The position numbers and the translations under genes are program-made. Positions 15,008-22,402 of a stretch of DNA of 32,000 bases are shown one piece after another. The DNA is taken from the NCBI RefSeq assembly GCF_031177825.1, contig NZ_JAPSKE010000016.1, positions 7,774 to 39,773 of the forward strand, given 5' to 3'. How positions within the stretch are numbered: position 1 is the stretch's first letter; each line of letters opens with the position of its first letter. Under the pieces are notes generated by a model. It worked only from the letters and a program-made list of their open reading frames with translations, was not told the origin of the DNA and searched no databases. This DNA is from Paenibacillus sp. GTDB lineage: Bacteria; Bacillota; Bacilli; Paenibacillales; YIM-B00363.

Positions 15008-17041
15008 ATGGGGATCGATGAGAGGGAGGACGCCTTCCTCGTCGGGAGGGAGAGGGAGAGGGCGCTGTTCGAGCGGTTTCTGAACGGAGATGGGGAATGC
15101 AAGCCGGTGTGGAGCCTGTACGGGACCGGGGGCGTCGGCAAGAGCACCTTGCTGGATGCGTTCCGTAGACAGGCGAGCAGGCGCGGGGCAGCGTTCTTCC
15201 TGCTGGACAGCCGGGAGGTCGGCCGGACCGGGGAAGCGTTCTGCGCGGCGTTGCTTGCCAGGATGGACCCTTCCTACGGAAAAGGCGAAACGAACGGCAC
15301 CGCGCTCGACCGCGTCCTGGAACGAGTGCACCGACTGGCGTCGCAAGGCAAGGTCGTGCTCGCGATCGACACCTTCGAGGAGATAAGCTTCATGGAAAGC
15401 TGGCTTCGCGACGACTTCCTGCGCAGGCTGCCCCCGGAAGCGTTAGTCCTGCTGTCGGGGCGGTATCCGCTGCGAGGGCAGTGGCTAACGTCTCCGGCAT
15501 GGCGGGAACGAACGCGCTGGCTCTCGATCGAACATCTGGCGAAAGAAGAGGTGTTGGATTACGCGGGGAAGTGCGGTCTGACCGGGCCTGGGCAGGGGGA
15601 GCGGCTGTGGGAACGGACGCAAGGCCACGGTCTCTCGCTTGCGCTGGCCGTCGCGGCGGAACAAATCGGCGGCGGAGGGCTGTTGGACTCCTCGGGCTGG
15701 TCTTCGGAGCTGGCCGCCCTATGGTTGAAGGAGGTGCCGGACGAGGAGCGACGCGATTTGATCGAGGCCGCTTCGATGCTGCGGTACTTCAATCAGGAGC
15801 TGTTGGAACATATTACGGAGCGCCGCGTCGGCGCGGCCGCCTTCTCCGACATCGCGGCGTTGAGCTTCGTCCGGAAAACCGGGAACGGTTGGCGATTGCA
15901 CGACTTGATGAGGGAATCGACGCGCGCGCAGCTCAGGGAACGGGCGCCGGAAAAGTATCGGAAGCTCGTCGAACGCTGCGTCCTCTATTACGCGACGCTC
16001 ATTCGGGAGTCTTACCGGAAGCGGGACGTCGCCGCCGAAGTGGGGGAACTGTTTTATTATATCGGCGATCAGAACATCCGGGCGTTCTTGAATGCCGCGG
16101 AAGAGCAGGAATATATGTGGGAGCCGCTGTCGACGGCCAACCTGAAGGAGGGGGTTCGGTACTTGCGGCGACGCCGGGACGATGCGAAGCCGGTCATCCG
16201 CAGGGGCGTCGATCCGGCCACGGGAGAGCTGCTGGAGCTAACGCTGAGCAAGGAGGAGATGCTGTATCCGATCGCCGGACTCGATTTGGCGGAATTGGCC
16301 GAGCTGGGGCCGCATACCGTTCAACTGATGAAACGAACCGACGGGGCCGTCTGCGGCTTGTCCGCGATGATTCCGATCGGGGCGCATACGATCGAATATT
16401 TGGAGAGGGATCCGTTCTCGGGTCCGTATTTCCGAAGCTTGACGCCCGCGGAACGCGTGGCGCTCGCCGTTCCGGGCCCGGAACCGGCCGGGTGGTTCAT
16501 CCGGAGCATCGACATTCTGGATTGGCACGATTCCTCAATGCTCCTGGAGGCCGGGTCGCAAATGTACAACTATATGTGCGCCGGCAAATTGTTCGTCACC
16601 GCTCCGCCCCCGTTGGAGATGTTTCGCGAGTCGCACCTGGGTCTCGGCTTTCAGCTGTTGCCGCACGTCACGCACTGCTCGTATGACGGGAAGACGCCTG
16701 CGCCCGCGTTCGTGCTCGACACTCGGGGGGAGAAGCTGGAGGCGTTCTTGAACGCGATGCTGCGCCGCATCGGCGTCGAACTGGAACCGACGCGGAACGA
16801 AGGCGCCGCCCCGGGGGAACCCGCGCGCGCTCCGGAGGAGCAGGAGCGTCGGCTCGTCGCGCTCGGGCTGACGGAGCGGGAACGGGAGGTGGCGCGGCTC
16901 GTCATCGACGGCAGCTCGAACGCCGACATCGCGGCGCGCCTGTTCGTCACCGAAATTACGGTAAAGAAGCACTTAAGCTCGGTGTATGCGAAGACGCAAG
17001 TCAAGAATCGCGGGCAATTGATTAAGGCCATCTTGCAATGA
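15008..17041 (+). CDS. LuxR-family transcriptional regulator with N-terminal AAA ATPase
   Basis: WSLYGTGGVGKSTLLDAFRRQ Walker A near the N-terminus. C-terminal LTEREREVARLVIDGSSNADIAARLFVTEITVKKHLSSVYAKTQVKNR HTH. Start ATG 15008 preferred over 14876. Confidence 0.9.
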   Translation: MGIDEREDAFLVGRERERALFERFLNGDGECKPVWSLYGTGGVGKSTLLDAFRRQASRRGAAFFLLDSREVGRTGEAFCAALLARMDPSYGKGETNGTALDRVLERVHRLASQGKVVLAIDTFEEISFMESWLRDDFLRRLPPEALVLLSGRYPLRGQWLTSPAWRERTRWLSIEHLAKEEVLDYAGKCGLTGPGQGERLWERTQGHGLSLALAVAAEQIGGGGLLDSSGWSSELAALWLKEVPDEERRDLIEAASMLRYFNQELLEHITERRVGAAAFSDIAALSFVRKTGNGWRLHDLMRESTRAQLRERAPEKYRKLVERCVLYYATLIRESYRKRDVAAEVGELFYYIGDQNIRAFLNAAEEQEYMWEPLSTANLKEGVRYLRRRRDDAKPVIRRGVDPATGELLELTLSKEEMLYPIAGLDLAELAELGPHTVQLMKRTDGAVCGLSAMIPIGAHTIEYLERDPFSGPYFRSLTPAERVALAVPGPEPAGWFIRSIDILDWHDSSMLLEAGSQMYNYMCAGKLFVTAPPPLEMFRESHLGLGFQLLPHVTHCSYDGKTPAPAFVLDTRGEKLEAFLNAMLRRIGVELEPTRNEGAAPGEPARAPEEQERRLVALGLTEREREVARLVIDGSSNADIAARLFVTEITVKKHLSSVYAKTQVKNRGQLIKAILQ

Positions 17042-17054
17042 AGGAGGACTCGGA

Positions 17055-18326
17055 ATGCGGAACGATACAGTTTCTCCGGAAATGCAGGAACGGTTATACA
17101 AGCGGACATTGGCGATCGTCGTCGTCTCCCAGCTGTTCGGAGGCGCGGGGCTGGCGGCGGGCGTGACGGTCGGCGCGCTCCTGGCCCGGGATATGCTCGG
17201 CACGGACAGCGCGGCGGGCATCCCGTCCGCCTTGCTTACGCTCGGCTCCGCGGCGGCGGCGCTGCTCGTCGGCCGGCTCTCGCAGCGATCCGGCCGCCGC
17301 ATCGGGCTGGGGACGGGCTTCTTGGCCGGGGGCGTCGGCGCGATCGGGATCGTCGTCGCCGCCGTCATGCATAGCATTCCGTTGTTATTCGCTTGCTTGC
17401 TGATTTACGGCGTAGGCTCCGCGACGAACCTGCAAGCGAGGTATGCGGGGACCGACTTGGCGAAGCCCGGGCAACGGGCGAAGGCGGTCAGCGTCTCATT
17501 AGTGTCTACCACGTTCGGCGCCGTCGCGGGACCGAATCTGGTCGGACCGATGGGAGGCGTCGCGACGTCGATCGGCATCCCGGCGCTCGCGGGTCCGTTC
17601 CTCCTTGCCGCAGCGGCCTATGCGCTGGCCGGCTTCGTCTTCTTGGCGTTCCTGCGCCCGGACCCGTTCCTCGTCGCGAAGACGATCGAGGACGCTCGGG
17701 CGAAGGCGGATCGAAGCGGCGGCGTCCCGGGGGATTCGTCGCATTCCCCGATCGGGAACCGCAGAGGGATCGTCGTCGGCGCGTCCGTGATGATCCTGAC
17801 GCAGATCGTTATGGTCGCCATCATGACGATGACGCCGATCCATATGGAGCATCATGGGTTCGGCTTAAGCGATGTGGGACTCGTCATCGGGTTCCACATC
17901 GGCGCGATGTATCTTCCCTCCCTCGCGACCGGCGCGCTCGTCGATAAGCTCGGACGGACGACGATGTCGATCGCGGCCGGCGCCGTTCTGTTATCCGCCG
18001 GGATCGTAGCCGCTCTCGCGCCGGGACATTCGATCGGAAGTCTGATCGCCGCGCTTGTATTGCTTGGGCTCGGGTGGAATTTCGGACTGATCAGCGGCAC
18101 GACGCTGATCGTCGACGCGACCCATCCGTCCACCCGCGCGAAGACGCAAGGAACGATCGACGTCTCGATCGCTCTGGCCGGGGCGTCGGGCGGCGCCTTG
18201 TCCGGTCTGGTCGTGGAGCATGCCGGCTTCGCCGCGCTATCTCTTGCCGGGGGCCTGCTTGCCTTGCTGCTGCTGCCGGTCGTGATCTGGTCGGAGGCCG
18301 GGAGAAGAGCCGGAGCGCGCTCGTGA
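17055..18326 (+). CDS. MFS transporter
   Basis: 423 aa, about 12 TM. RLSQRSGRRIGLGTGFLAGG and LVDKLGRTTMSIAAG loop motifs. Confidence 0.9.
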   Translation: MRNDTVSPEMQERLYKRTLAIVVVSQLFGGAGLAAGVTVGALLARDMLGTDSAAGIPSALLTLGSAAAALLVGRLSQRSGRRIGLGTGFLAGGVGAIGIVVAAVMHSIPLLFACLLIYGVGSATNLQARYAGTDLAKPGQRAKAVSVSLVSTTFGAVAGPNLVGPMGGVATSIGIPALAGPFLLAAAAYALAGFVFLAFLRPDPFLVAKTIEDARAKADRSGGVPGDSSHSPIGNRRGIVVGASVMILTQIVMVAIMTMTPIHMEHHGFGLSDVGLVIGFHIGAMYLPSLATGALVDKLGRTTMSIAAGAVLLSAGIVAALAPGHSIGSLIAALVLLGLGWNFGLISGTTLIVDATHPSTRAKTQGTIDVSIALAGASGGALSGLVVEHAGFAALSLAGGLLALLLLPVVIWSEAGRRAGARS

Positions 18327-18373
18327 CGAAGCGGGCGGCGCGCTCGAACGAGGTTGTCACGATTTTCGCCGGG

Positions 18374-18406
18374 AAGTCATGAATTGGAGTCATATTGTCA
18401 TGACTT
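18374..18406. repeat. perfect 9-bp inverted repeat in the intergenic region before the tail module
   Basis: AAGTCATGA (18374-18382), 15-nt loop, TCATGACTT (18398-18406). Confidence 0.55.
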
Positions 18407-18661
18407 TCGGGCGGAGCCGACCGCGCGCCTGCGCAGAGGGGGACGCGAATTTCCCGGCAACGGCAAAGGGTTCCCGTCTCGCTTCGGGGAGGTTATAGCC
18501 GATTATACCTATGATAATCAAGGCGAACCGTGTCATTTTCCCCTATAGGTAGTGCTCCGAACGTCCCTTCACAATCGTAGGCTGTTTGGTAAAATAAGGT
18601 ATATTTGAATGGGGGTCAATTATAGACATAGGAAATATTACGGAGGATAGGTGAAAGAAAC

Positions 18662-18997
18662 ATGCCGTTAACCGCAGTCGTCTCGGAGGATGAAAGAATG
18701 CAAGTCAAGAGACTGCTGAAGGCCTACCCGTCGATGAAGGCAGCAGTGGACATTAGCGTATGGGATCAGGGAGCCGCGATGGCCGAGTATGCCGGGAAGT
18801 GCAAGGCGATCGAACGCGCGTTGGAGGCTTTGCCCTATGAAGGGAGGGAAATTATAACGAAATGTTTCTTGGAACAGAAGAAGGACAAGTACATCTACGA
18901 ATTCGTGTTGAAAATTCCTAAGAGCACATATGACTTATACAAGTCCAGAGCCATACATACCTTGTCCTCCATCCTGAAAGCGGCAAACATCGTATGA
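18662..18997 (+). CDS. Phage ArpU/RinA-like late transcription regulator (sigma-like HTH)
   Basis: 111 aa, IITKCFLEQKKDKYIYEFVLKIPKSTYDLYKSRAIHTLSSIL. Position is immediately upstream of phage structural genes. Start may be ATG 18698, which has a well-spaced GGAG. Confidence 0.55.
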   Translation: MPLTAVVSEDERMQVKRLLKAYPSMKAAVDISVWDQGAAMAEYAGKCKAIERALEALPYEGREIITKCFLEQKKDKYIYEFVLKIPKSTYDLYKSRAIHTLSSILKAANIV

Positions 18998-19016
18998 CAT
19001 ATAAGGCAAGAAACCG

Positions 19017-19042
19017 AGCTTCCGCCGAGGAAGCTTTTTTTT
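19017..19042 (+). terminator. intrinsic terminator between the regulator and the structural genes
   Basis: AGCTTCC-GCCGA-GGAAGCT followed by TTTTTTT. Confidence 0.85.
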
Positions 19043-19088
19043 GCGCCTGTTTTGGGCTTTTTTTGGGCGAATTTTGGATGGAATTCGT

Positions 19089-19664
19089 ATGAACGCGATA
19101 CCGATTGTAGGCGGACGTCCGCTTACACTAAATAGGAACGAACGATCCAGCCATCCGGGAGAGCGGGTGGCTTTTCTAATGGAGGTGAAAGGAGAGGGGC
19201 ATATGTTCGCCGACTTGCATGCGATCGCGGCTTTCTGCGGGGAGCTCGTCGAAGCGCAAACGTATATCGGGGATATCCCGGAGACGAAGGCGATTCCGTC
19301 GCTATGCTTCCCGCCGCCGCGCATCGCGGACGGCCCCGGCTCGGTGTCTTCGTTCCGCAAGACGTATACGCTTGCGATCCGGGTGATCCAAGCGACCGAC
19401 AGCCAAGCGTTCTTGGCGGCGGAGCGCATCGCGGACGGCATTCGGTATGCGCGGTACCGGATTCCCGAGCTGGACGAAGTAGGGAACGCGACCGGCGGTT
19501 ATTTGCGGATCGATCGATTGGAGCTGCGGATGGCCGGCACCGGCGAAGCGGAGTTGGCGGCGGAATGGTCCCGCCAATCGAGCTATTCGAGAGAGAGTTA
19601 TGCACGCATAAATACATTGCATGTCGCTGGGAGGTTGAAGAACGATGGGGAAGCAGCGGAATAA
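19089..19664 (+). CDS. Hypothetical protein in the tail module, possibly tail terminator-like
   Basis: 191 aa. Position before the sheath gene and the FRKTYTLAIRVIQATDSQAFLAAERIADGIRYARY segment. Function is inferred from position only. Confidence 0.5.
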   Translation: MNAIPIVGGRPLTLNRNERSSHPGERVAFLMEVKGEGHMFADLHAIAAFCGELVEAQTYIGDIPETKAIPSLCFPPPRIADGPGSVSSFRKTYTLAIRVIQATDSQAFLAAERIADGIRYARYRIPELDEVGNATGGYLRIDRLELRMAGTGEAELAAEWSRQSSYSRESYARINTLHVAGRLKNDGEAAE

Positions 19665-19905
19665 CGACGTCGACGCGCATCCGGCGGAAGCGTCGGAGTC
19701 GGCGGCGTCGGCGAACGAGGACCGGAAGCCGGCCGAGTCGGCGGAGAAACGGTTCACGGCCGTCAGCCTAAGAAGCCATGCCAGGCAGTTGTTCGGGGTA
19801 AATCCGGAAACCGTCGACGGCGCGCTGCACGGCAGCGCAGGGGAGTTCACCGTGAAGGAAGCGCAGGCGAAAATCAAAGCATTTTTGAAACGGGAGGTCA
19901 AGTGA
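19645..19905 (+). CDS. Small conserved-looking protein encoded immediately before the sheath gene
   Basis: 86 aa, FTAVSLRSHARQLFGVNPETVDGALHG...FTVKEAQAKIKAFLKREV. Short overlap with the upstream gene. Confidence 0.6.
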   Translation: MGKQRNNDVDAHPAEASESAASANEDRKPAESAEKRFTAVSLRSHARQLFGVNPETVDGALHGSAGEFTVKEAQAKIKAFLKREVK

Positions 19906-19906
19906 G

Positions 19907-21262
19907 ATGGCGGGAGGAACTTGGACGTTAGGCGTGGAGAAGGTGCGGCCGGGGTTGTATATGAATTTCAAGATCGCGGCGCTCGAGCGGATCAAATCCG
20001 GCGAGCGAGGGACGGTCACGATCCCGCTCGTCTTGAAATGGGGACAGCCGAAGACGTTCCTGCGCATCGAGAAGGACAGCGACGCGATGGAGCTGCTCGG
20101 CTACGACATCAACGACGAGGAGATGCTCCTCGTTCGCGAAGCGAAGAAGCGGGCGAAGACGCTGCTCGTCTATCGGTTGAACGACGGGAACAAGGCGACG
20201 GGGTCGTTCGGCACGGCGCCGAACGTGACGACGGCGACCGCGATCTACGCGGGCACGAGGGGCAACGACGTGCTCATCACCGCCGAGGACGACCCCTCGA
20301 GCGAGAGCGGCATGCTGGTGAAGACGCTCGTCGACGGCAGAGTCGTCGACCAGCAGGTCGTGAGCGCGGCGGCCGACTTGAAGGCCAACGCGTGGGTGAC
20401 GTTCTCGGGCGCGGGCACGGTGTCCAGCACGCCGGGCACGGCGCTGACGGGCGGCACGAACGCGGCCGCGATCGGCGCGGACCATACCGAATATTTGGAG
20501 CGGACGGAGACGCAGCACTTCGAGGTGATCGCGTACCCGTACGAAGACGACGAGCTGAAGGTATCGTTCATCTCGTACATTCGCCGGATGCGCGAAGAGG
20601 AAGGGAAGAAAATCCAGGGCGTCGTCGCCGGCAAAGTGTCCGAAGGCGTATTCCAGAACATCGCCGATTACGAAGGCATCGTCAGCGTGGGCAACGGCGT
20701 CGTGCTGCTTGACGGGACCGCCCTGAGCAAGGAGCAAGCCGTCGCGTGGGTCGCCGGGGCGACGGCGGGCGCATCGATCGTTCAGTCCAACACATACAGC
20801 GCCTACGAAGGCGCGGCGGACGCGAATCCGCGCCTGAAGAACAGCCAGGTGATCGACGCGCTGAAGAAGGGACAGTTCGTCTTCGTGCACGACGGGGTCA
20901 AGGTGAAGGTCGAGCAGGACATCAACTCGCTCGTCTCCTATTCGCAGACGCGCAACGGGCGGTTCTCCAAGAACCGGGTCGTTCGCGTGTTGGACGCGAT
21001 CGCGAACGACTTCGCCCGCGTCGCGAACGACAGCTATATCGGCAAGATCGACAACAACGCCGACGGTCACGCCCTGCTCAAGGCGGCGGCGAATCAATAC
21101 TTGCGCGATCTGCAGGATGCCGGCGCGATTCAGAACGTCGACTTCGACAACGACTTCGCGATCGACAAGACTCGCTCGGTCGGCGACGAGGTGTACGTCA
21201 ACCTGTCCGTGCAGCCGGTGGACAGCATGGAGAAATTTTTCTTTACCGTGGAGGTGCGATAA
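19907..21262 (+). CDS. xkdK: Phage tail sheath protein (XkdK-like)
   Basis: MAGGTWTLGVEKVRPGLYMNFKIAALERI...GERGTVTIPLVLKWG..., central SFISYIRRMREEEGKKIQGVVAG, C-terminal SVGDEVYVNLSVQPVDSMEKFFFTVEV. Confidence 0.93.
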   Translation: MAGGTWTLGVEKVRPGLYMNFKIAALERIKSGERGTVTIPLVLKWGQPKTFLRIEKDSDAMELLGYDINDEEMLLVREAKKRAKTLLVYRLNDGNKATGSFGTAPNVTTATAIYAGTRGNDVLITAEDDPSSESGMLVKTLVDGRVVDQQVVSAAADLKANAWVTFSGAGTVSSTPGTALTGGTNAAAIGADHTEYLERTETQHFEVIAYPYEDDELKVSFISYIRRMREEEGKKIQGVVAGKVSEGVFQNIADYEGIVSVGNGVVLLDGTALSKEQAVAWVAGATAGASIVQSNTYSAYEGAADANPRLKNSQVIDALKKGQFVFVHDGVKVKVEQDINSLVSYSQTRNGRFSKNRVVRVLDAIANDFARVANDSYIGKIDNNADGHALLKAAANQYLRDLQDAGAIQNVDFDNDFAIDKTRSVGDEVYVNLSVQPVDSMEKFFFTVEVR

Positions 21263-21265
21263 GCG

Positions 21266-21715
21266 ATGGCGAAGTTTCGCGCGGACAATACGATCAACGG
21301 CCGGGAAGCGAGATTGTTCCTCGACAGCGAGGAGATCGGCTACGCCAAGTCGTTCGAGGCGACGATCGAGAAGAACAAGGTGGACATTCCCGTGCTCGGG
21401 AATCGCTGGCTCGGCAAGAAGACGACCAGCCTGAGCGGCACGGGGACGTTGACGCTGTACAAGGTGACTTCGAAATTTTCGAAGATGCTGCTGGAATACG
21501 CGACGACGGGCAAGGACGTCTACTTCACGCTGCAGGGCGTGCTCGACGACCCGGGAGCGGGTCGCGGGACGGAGCGGATTACGTTGATCCACTGCAATAT
21601 CGACTCGGTGAAGATCGGTCAATTCAACGTCGAAGCGGAAGCGCTGGAGGAAGAAATTCCGTTCACGTTCGAAGGCGCCGAAATTCCGGAAGCGCTGAAG
21701 GATACGTTCGAATAA
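21266..21715 (+). CDS. xkdM: Phage tail tube (core) protein (XkdM-like)
   Basis: 149 aa, INGREARLFLDSEEIGYAKSFEATIEKNKVDIPVLGNRWLGKKTTSLSGTGTLTLYKVTSKF. Directly after the sheath gene. Confidence 0.92.
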   Translation: MAKFRADNTINGREARLFLDSEEIGYAKSFEATIEKNKVDIPVLGNRWLGKKTTSLSGTGTLTLYKVTSKFSKMLLEYATTGKDVYFTLQGVLDDPGAGRGTERITLIHCNIDSVKIGQFNVEAEALEEEIPFTFEGAEIPEALKDTFE

Positions 21716-21746
21716 CGATTTCAATCCCTTGAAGGAGGCACGCGCG

Positions 21747-22187
21747 ATGGCAGCCACGGCAACGAAATCGATGGATCTGTTCATGAAGGGCAAGGCGAAG
21801 CAAGTCGTGTTGGAAGAGGTCGTCGTCTCGAAGCGGTACGTGGACGAAGAAGGCAATCCGATCCCGTTCACGCTGAAGGCGGTCGACACGAAGCGGATCG
21901 AGGAGCTGCAGGACGAATGCACCGTGCCCCAGTTCAAGAAGGGGAAGAAGGTCGGCGAGGAGATCGACTGGAAGCGATTCGCCTGCCGACTGGCCGTCGA
22001 GACGACGGTATACCCGAACTTCCGGGACCCAGAGCTGCTGAACAGCTACGGCATCGTCGACCCATGCGAGCTCGTGAAGGAGATCTTGAACGTAGGCGGC
22101 GAATACGCCGAGCTTATTCAGGCGGTCCAACGGGTCAACGGCTTCGATACGGACTTCGAAGAGCTGGTGGATGAAGCAAAAAACTGA
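21747..22187 (+). CDS. xkdN: Tail assembly chaperone, XkdN-like (zero-frame product, 146 aa)
   Basis: MAATATKSMDLFMKGKAKQVVLEEVVVSKRYVDEEGNPIPFTLKAV...VNGFDTDFEELVDEAKN*. RBS GAAGGAGG. Start reassigned from 21729 to 21747. Confidence 0.88.
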   Translation: MAATATKSMDLFMKGKAKQVVLEEVVVSKRYVDEEGNPIPFTLKAVDTKRIEELQDECTVPQFKKGKKVGEEIDWKRFACRLAVETTVYPNFRDPELLNSYGIVDPCELVKEILNVGGEYAELIQAVQRVNGFDTDFEELVDEAKN

Positions 22188-22360
22188 TTCGCAGTGGCGA
22201 TTACCATGCGTTAGTATCCCACCGGGTGTGGCAGAAGCACCACCTTCTCCCGCAGGAGCTGTGGAGCATGGACGATTACCACCGCGCATTCATTTACGCT
22301 TCCGAGTTTCTCGAGATGGAGTCCGAACGGAAGGCGGAACGCGCGGCGAGACGCGGGTAG
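22184..22360 (+). CDS. -1 frame extension of the XkdN-like chaperone, expressed by programmed ribosomal frameshifting (204 aa fusion)
   Basis: Slippery heptamer A AAA AAC at 22178-22184 directly before TGA (22185-22187). The -1 frame encodes LIRSGDYHALVSHRVWQKHHLLPQELWSMDDYHRAFIYASEFLEMESERKAERAARRG* ending at TAG 22358-22360. Confidence 0.85.
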   Translation: MIRSGDYHALVSHRVWQKHHLLPQELWSMDDYHRAFIYASEFLEMESERKAERAARRG

Positions 22361-22402
22361 CGGGACGCGCCCGCCGCGTCGGAAGGAGGCGAAGCGGCAC
22401 CT

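Noticed and set aside
15481-16686. 401-aa plus-strand ORF in an alternative frame (also 23950-25314, 19921-20712, 20746-21732, 22171-23433)
   Set aside because: Overlap strongly supported genes in another frame and are Arg/Gly-rich. These are typical out-of-frame translations of GC-rich coding DNA.
19928-21937. 669-aa minus-strand ORF (and similar long ones at 25640-27148, 23300-24418, 16535-16972)
   Set aside because: Antisense shadows of well-supported phage or host CDSs in high-GC DNA. Arg/His/Leu-rich low-complexity translations with no recognisable motifs.
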